NCBI GenBank assembly: GCA_001724265.1
Contig: MEDY01000280.1
Span: 1 to 53,425, forward strand
From: Rhizaria sp. SCN 62-66
Taxonomy: Eukaryota
Direction: 5' to 3'
DNA length: 53,425 bases
Shown: in pieces, positions 47,817 to 53,425 of the stretch
How the letters are laid out: each line of letters begins with the position of its first letter
Position numbering within the stretch: position 1 is the stretch's first letter
Notes under the pieces: model-generated
Told to the model about the DNA's origin: nothing
Databases searched by the model: none
Seen by the model: only the letters and a program-made list of their open reading frames with translations
Made by a program: the position numbers and the translations under genes

Positions 47817-50800
47817 TCACCGAGTGCCAGCCTTAACTGGCGCAGCAGAGCTGCGCGCAATGAGCGACCGACGCAAGACGTCGCTGCCGCCTGCTGCTGG
47901 AGCCCCAGTCACGGGACCAGCGCGCGGCAGAAGCCCACGCGCAGCAACCGGACCGGCAACTGCAGTCGCGGTCATCGGAGGCCGCGTGCCGTACGTGGCG
48001 CGCCCGGAGCTGGCGCCGGCGGCGGCGCGCATTGTGGACGCGCGCGAAGACACGGGCACGTGGCCAGACGGGCGCAACAGCGGTGCTGGCGCTGGAGTCG
48101 CTGCCGTGACAGCGGCTGACACGCCACGCACGCCGGATGTAGACGAAGCAACAGCGGGAACGATGCGGGGGCTGGGCATGCTCTCAGCAGTGCTCGCGGC
48201 AGACGCGGTGGAGAGAGTCAGCGCTGGGACAGACGCGTACGTCGGGACGAACGTGCGTGCGGAACCGGGGGGCTTGAGCGCCTGCGCAAACTGCAGCGTT
48301 GCCTGCGACTCGGCGGCGTCCTCAACGTCGGTCGACGCGCAGAGTAGGAACATCACCTTAGCGGCGCCGGTGCGGAGCGCGGGGCCAGAGACAGTGTCGT
48401 CGCTCGAGGCCGCAGTGGAGGGCTTGTACAGCGAGTCACGCAGCGACACCGTCAGGCGCGAGTCGCGGAACGGGACGTGCTTCGCCTCCTTGGCACTGCC
48501 AGCAATGTCGACGAGCGCCTTGACGCACTGGCCCAGCGTCGAAAGAGAAAGATTGATCGATTTCATCTCGTGAAAGCCCGCGTCGCCGCCGGCGGACGAG
48601 TCGACCTGTGACTTGTCCAGCCGCTCCGAGCCGGCGAGATCGACCAGCGTCAGCATCGACCACGGGGTCGCGACAGGCTCGGCAGCAGTAGCTGAGGCGG
48701 TGGCTGCCGCGGGCGCAGGGGCAGTCGCGGTGGCGGACGAGCGGCGCGTGACGCGAGCGGGCGCGACAGCAGCAGCCGGTACAGCAGCGGCGTTACCGTA
48801 GTCGATCTTATCGATGAAGAGCTTAACGACGAGGTGCGAGCGCGACGACGCAGCGTTAGCGGCAGTGTAAGCTGTGGCGCGGTTGCGTACAGCGGCAGTA
48901 ACGAGAAACTCGACCTGCGCGGGCGTTGTGACAGGAACAGTCGCGAACGACATGGTGCGCTCGATCTGGTACAACACACCATCAGGCAGCTCTGACTTGG
49001 CATCCTCTGCATCAGCAGCTCCGGCCAAGGCGGCCCACAACGCGGTGGGCGTCATCGCTGGACGCTCAGCGGCGGCAGCACGGCGCAGGACATCGCGCCA
49101 GCCACCGGTCTGCGTGTCCAGCAGGTCGTACGTTTCGTTGTTGTACACCTGGTACGCGCAGACGCGCAGCCGGTACTCCTCCTTCGGCTTTGCATCGGCT
49201 CCACTCATGTTTGAGCGGGCACGGGCGCGGCGCGTGGCGAGCTCGGCGAACACCGCGTCGACAGCGCGCGGCATCACACCGGCTTGCTCCGACAACGCGT
49301 GGGTGGAGGCAGAGTCCGAACCAGCATTCGCGGAGGACGCGATAAGAGCACGGCCCGAAGGCACGCTCCAGTCGCCGACCATCGTGTACGTCTTGCCAGA
49401 GCCCGTCATGCCATACGCGAGGATGGTCACGGGGCATCCATTGAGGCTTGACTGCACAAACTCGTGGACCGCGGCGTACGTCTCCTGTTGCGACGTGCTG
49501 GCGGGCAACACGCGGTCGAGCGCGTACTGAGTCGCCTGGTCGCGCGTCTGCACTGTGACGAGCTCGCTGCCGTCGGAGCTGCGGCCGGGCTGAACAAACA
49601 CGACCTCCGCGCGCGGGCCATCGCCTGCGGTGCGGCGCGACGCGGTCGGGTTCACGGACTGCGGGCGCAGGCGCAGATACACGCGCACGCGCCCGAAAGC
49701 CTCGATGAGCTGCTCGCGAATCCGGAACAGTGTCGCCGACTCGTCGCGCGCAATCTGCGAGAACTTGTCCGCATCAGCGCGCGCGGCGTTGAGCTCCTGC
49801 TGCAGCCGCGCCGCCTCGTCGGCGCTTTGCTCGAGCTGCTTTTGCAGCGCTGCGGTCACCAGCGCAGTCTTGCTTGCGGCCGGGGATGTCTGCGAGGACG
49901 CAGATGCGAGGGCCTGAGATTGAATTTGAGCCTGCGCCACCAACGCCTGCACTTCCGCGCGTGCGGCCTTGAGCTCATTAGCAGCCTTTGTGGCCGCTGC
50001 TTCAAGCGCAGCATCGTGCTGCGCAACCACTGCTTCAAGTGCAGCTTTGTGGGTGTCAGCGGCCTGCTTAAGAGCTTCGATCTCAGCCTGAGCTGCGCTG
50101 GCGTCGGAAGCCCGCTCGGCGCGTTCGTACTCGAGCTCTTCACGCAGCGCTTGAAGCGCGGCTGCGTGCTCTGTCACAGCAGCAGCATTTGCAGCGGCGA
50201 CAGCGGCCTTTGTCGCAGCGACGGCGCTTTCCGCGGTAGTGGCAGCGGCGAGTTGGCGGCGCAGCTGCGCTGCCTCGTCCTTGTACTTGTTCGCCGTGTC
50301 GCGCTGTTCCTTGAGCTGCTCCTCCCGGCGGCCAAGGTCCCGCTGCGTCGACTCGACTAGCTTGTCCTTCTGCTTGATCTTGGCCTCCAGCACTATCACG
50401 CGGTCCGCCACAGTTTTGCGCGCCACCTCGGCGTCGGCTGCGGCCGCCTCAAGCTCCTCCACGCGCTCCGTCGCCTCGTCAAGCTTCGTCTCAACCTTTT
50501 CGCGAGCTTTAAGCACTTCATTGAGTTCGGCCTTGCAATCTTTCAAGCGCTTCTCGACATGCTTCGTCGCTGCCTGCGCCGCCTCGAGCGACCTCTGGGT
50601 CGCGTCGACCAAACGGCACTTCGCCTCGTATGTGCGTCGCGGCACCACGTCCTGGGGTGCACTGCCTGCGAGCGCCGGAGCAGCCAGAGCCAGTGCAGCC
50701 TGATTCGACGCAGTCGCAGTGGGCGCAGTCACTGTTGCCACCATGGGCGCAGTGGGGAGCGTCTCGCCTTCATCGCTCGCGTTGACTGCAACAGCGGTGG

Positions 50801-52568
50801 CAGCAGCGGCTGCCGCAGCAGAGGTGCGGGCGACAGCAAATGCATTCGAAGGCGAGACAGTTGCAGTTGCGTTTTGACGCGTGCGCGCGCTCGAGCGCAT
50901 TGATGTAGAGCGCTTGGCAGTGGGGCGAGCATTCGAGCGCGCGGAACCCGCGCTCCTAGCCACACTGGCGCGGCGTGCGGACTTGTCGTCTTCGCTCTCA
51001 TTCTCGCTCTCGGTCCGGCCGCCGCGCGGCGACCTTAGCGGGGGCTCGCGAGCACGCGCGTCGTCTCCACTGCCTTCATTGTCGTCGTCGCTGTTGCCAC
51101 CGTTCTCGCTGCCGCTAACGCTAGTGGGCATGCTGAGGCGCGCCGACTTGCGCCGCGCGGGCGCAGACGCAGTGTGAGAAGCAGGAACAACAACAAGAGA
51201 CGCAGCGCGGGCGGCTGCAGAAACTGCAACAATAACAGGCGCAAGCTCAGGCTCTTGGTCTGAGGCCACGGGAACGCTGCGCTGCGGACGGCCCAGGTTG
51301 GACCGAATTCCGACAGTCTTGGGGCGCAAAGCGGGCTCCTCAGCCGCGGAGGCAACGGCAACGGCAACATCACCGGTGACAGCGTCGGTCTTCGCCGCGT
51401 CGCTGCCGTAAGCGTTGACCTCGTGGGTGGCAGCGCTGACAGCGATGGAGGTGCGGCGCAGAGCCATCTTGCCCTCATCCTTGCGTCCTAGCACGCTGAT
51501 AATGCCGCGCCCACTCGCACGCACCCCGGGCTCGGCAATAATAGGCTGCACGGCAACGCTCGCAGCGGCGGCGGCAGCGGCGGCCGCAGTGCGCGCGATA
51601 GCGGCCTGTCCGTGTGCTGAGAGCTAGGGCTTGCCGCGGGCCAGCAGCGCGGACGCGTCCATCGCGCTGCGGTCGCAGTCAGTGCTCACAGACTGGCGGC
51701 GCGCGGACCGGCGCGGCGCCACAGCGACGGCCTCGGGCGGCGACGCCAGCGCCGCCGCCGCAGCGGCCGCGGCAGCAGCAGGGGGCGCGAGGGAAGTGCG
51801 CTTGGGCCGGGGACTGATGACCGCGGACGCAGCGTCCGCGTCCGCGTCGTTATCATCATCGCGAGCAGCGGCACCGGCCGCAGTTGCTGCGTCGGGCTCG
51901 GCAACAAACGTTTCGTGCGAGCGGCGCTTTGAGCCGGCGCGCGCACGCGTGTGCACGACGGGGGGCGCAGCGCCGTCATTTTCTTCGCTAGCTGCGGGCG
52001 CAGCAGTGGCCGCAACTGTGGGCGCAGCAGCAGGCGCAGCAGAAGCTACGGGGGTCGCAGGAACGCCGGTAGTTGCGACGGCGTTGGTTACGGGGACAGA
52101 GGAACGTGAGGCCTTGCTTATGTGACAAGCGCGGAGAACAGAAGCAGAATCAGCAGAGGTTGCGGCAGAGGCAACTGAGGAAGCACCTGGAACAGTGGAA
52201 ATTGAGCGAGCTGCGGACCGGAGCTCGTTCGTTTTAATGTCGCGGAGCTTCTCATTGGTAAGGGCGTCCAAGTTGCTGTTTGTGAGCTCCTTTGTGTTCG
52301 TGGGCGCGACGAAACGTGACAGCAAGCCCTTGCTCGAACTCGCGACACCAGTGCTGGGACGCCGGAGCACGAGTCCGCTTGTGTCAGGCCGCAGCTGTGC
52401 GGAGGCGGGCAAAGGCGCGCGGGATGACACACCACGTGATGTGAAAAGCGGAGTCGTTATGCTTCCTTGTTTCTGTGAACTGCTCGCGACGCACGTAGCA
52501 GGAGGAACGAGGGGAGGCCTGTTCTCCCCAACTGGACGGGGACACGATGCCACGGACCTCGAGTACAT
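47817..52568 (-). CDS. Kinesin-14-like motor (N-terminal tail, coiled coil, motor domain), about 1583 aa if the internal TAG at 51626-51624 is read through
   Basis: ORFs 51624..52730 and 47817..51551 share a frame and are separated by one TAG. Coiled coil followed by neck IREQLIEAFGRVRVYLRLRP, AYGMTGSGKTYTM, NAASSRSH, LVDLAGSER, INLSLSTLG, HVPFRDSRLT. ATG 52568 is inferred. The end is TGA 47819-47817 unless the overlapping GTGAGT is a splice donor. Confidence 0.85.
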
Positions 52569-53329
52569 CGCTGGTGACGCGGTTCTGGAGTGGATAAGAA
52601 AAGAGCGGGTATATATAAAGTCAAACATATTCAAAGTTAGCAACACGGTGACATTTCCTTCATTGGAGAAAAAAAATATCAATGTTTGAAGGACGGTCCC
52701 AAGCTCGACAGCTTTAGGCTTGTCGGTCACAAAGAATACGATGATTTCGCACTATTTAGTAGCTGTAATGCTGAAATAATACCAAGAGATGACAGGAACT
52801 TAAAAATATATTCCAGATAAACATTATCATCGTGATAATAACGACTCTAAAATGCGGGAAGTTCGTTAAAAGTTTGCAGTCCACTGCGCGGTGCTAGGCT
52901 TCTAACGGTCACTTTTGGTGTTCAGCCTTTTTCTTACAGTCACCGACACATGGTAAGAGGACAGAATACAGAGTCAGAGGGAGAAGACGTGGCTGCAGAA
53001 AACCAAAAATAGCATTATTTTTAAAACAATAAAGAGACGAATTTCTAACAATGGTTTGTATTCATTAAGACACTGGATAACGACCGAGACGCGCCTTACG
53101 AAGTGAGTCAGCAAGACGCGCACCGCGCCCGCGCTCGCAGTGCCGTGCGGGACGAATACGACCAGCGGCGACAAGAACATATCCTTGCCGCGCCAGAGTG
53201 CCCACACTAAGTCTGTTGACTGTAACGCGCAATGGTAAGTTGGAGCGCGGCGCAGCCTTCAGGGAAGGGTGACTGCAGCAGACGGTAGTCGAGAGTCTGC
53301 GAGTTGGGGTAGTGCTGAGGTAAGCGCAC

Positions 53330-53425
53330 TTAGAAGCCGTACTTGGCGAGCTCGGCGTTGATGGGAGCAAGCTCCTTGGAGGCGGCGGCAATAGCCTTGG
53401 CCTGGAGCTTGGCAACCTGCTTCTT
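53330..53425 (-). CDS. RPL13A: 60S ribosomal protein L13a (uL13), C-terminal fragment
   Basis: KKQVAKLQAKAIAAASKELAPINAELAKYGF-TAA resembles the eukaryotic uL13 C-terminus (KK....L...A...LA.YGY/F) and has ribosomal-protein-like codon bias. Only 31 residues are visible. Confidence 0.7.
   Translation of the reverse strand, partial: KKQVAKLQAKAIAAASKELAPINAELAKYGF

Noticed and set aside
47700-47820. Extra terminal kinesin exon via a GTGAGT donor at 47820
   Set aside because: Downstream frames are short, AT-rich and unconvincing. TGA kept as the stop but unverified.
1-53425. Suppressor tRNA, SECIS or pyrrolysine machinery explaining the internal stops
   Set aside because: No tRNA-like fold was recognised by eye. 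The internal stops are TAG rather than TGA, so they are not selenocysteine, and no pyl genes are present.

Overview
Gene-dense eukaryotic (probably protist) genomic DNA with GC-rich exons, AT/pyrimidine-rich spliceosomal introns of 110-421 nt and mostly short spacers. Eleven gene models are supported: RPL15 (partial), a PHO80/cyclin-U-type cyclin, a signal-peptide SIMPL/DUF541 protein, a 5xLIM + STE11/MAP3K-type kinase, a double-TPR co-chaperone-like protein, a frameshifted and internally deleted RPS25, a giant (~8857 aa) Ala-inflated BEACH protein, a DUF1761-like membrane protein, a secreted fasciclin with a mucin-like tail, a kinesin-14-like motor and the 3' end of RPL13A. The most striking signal is that the BEACH and kinesin genes are each interrupted by one in-frame TAG with coding-like sequence continuing in frame, while all ten gene ends I can place use TAA or TGA. 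This points to UAG being read as sense (variant genetic code or readthrough), though short cryptic introns, nonsense alleles or base-call errors are not excluded. Also notable: all seven confident introns have GT(A/T)CG(T/C) donors. No tRNA, rRNA, CRISPR or intact mobile element was recognised. All family calls are by motif recognition, not database search.
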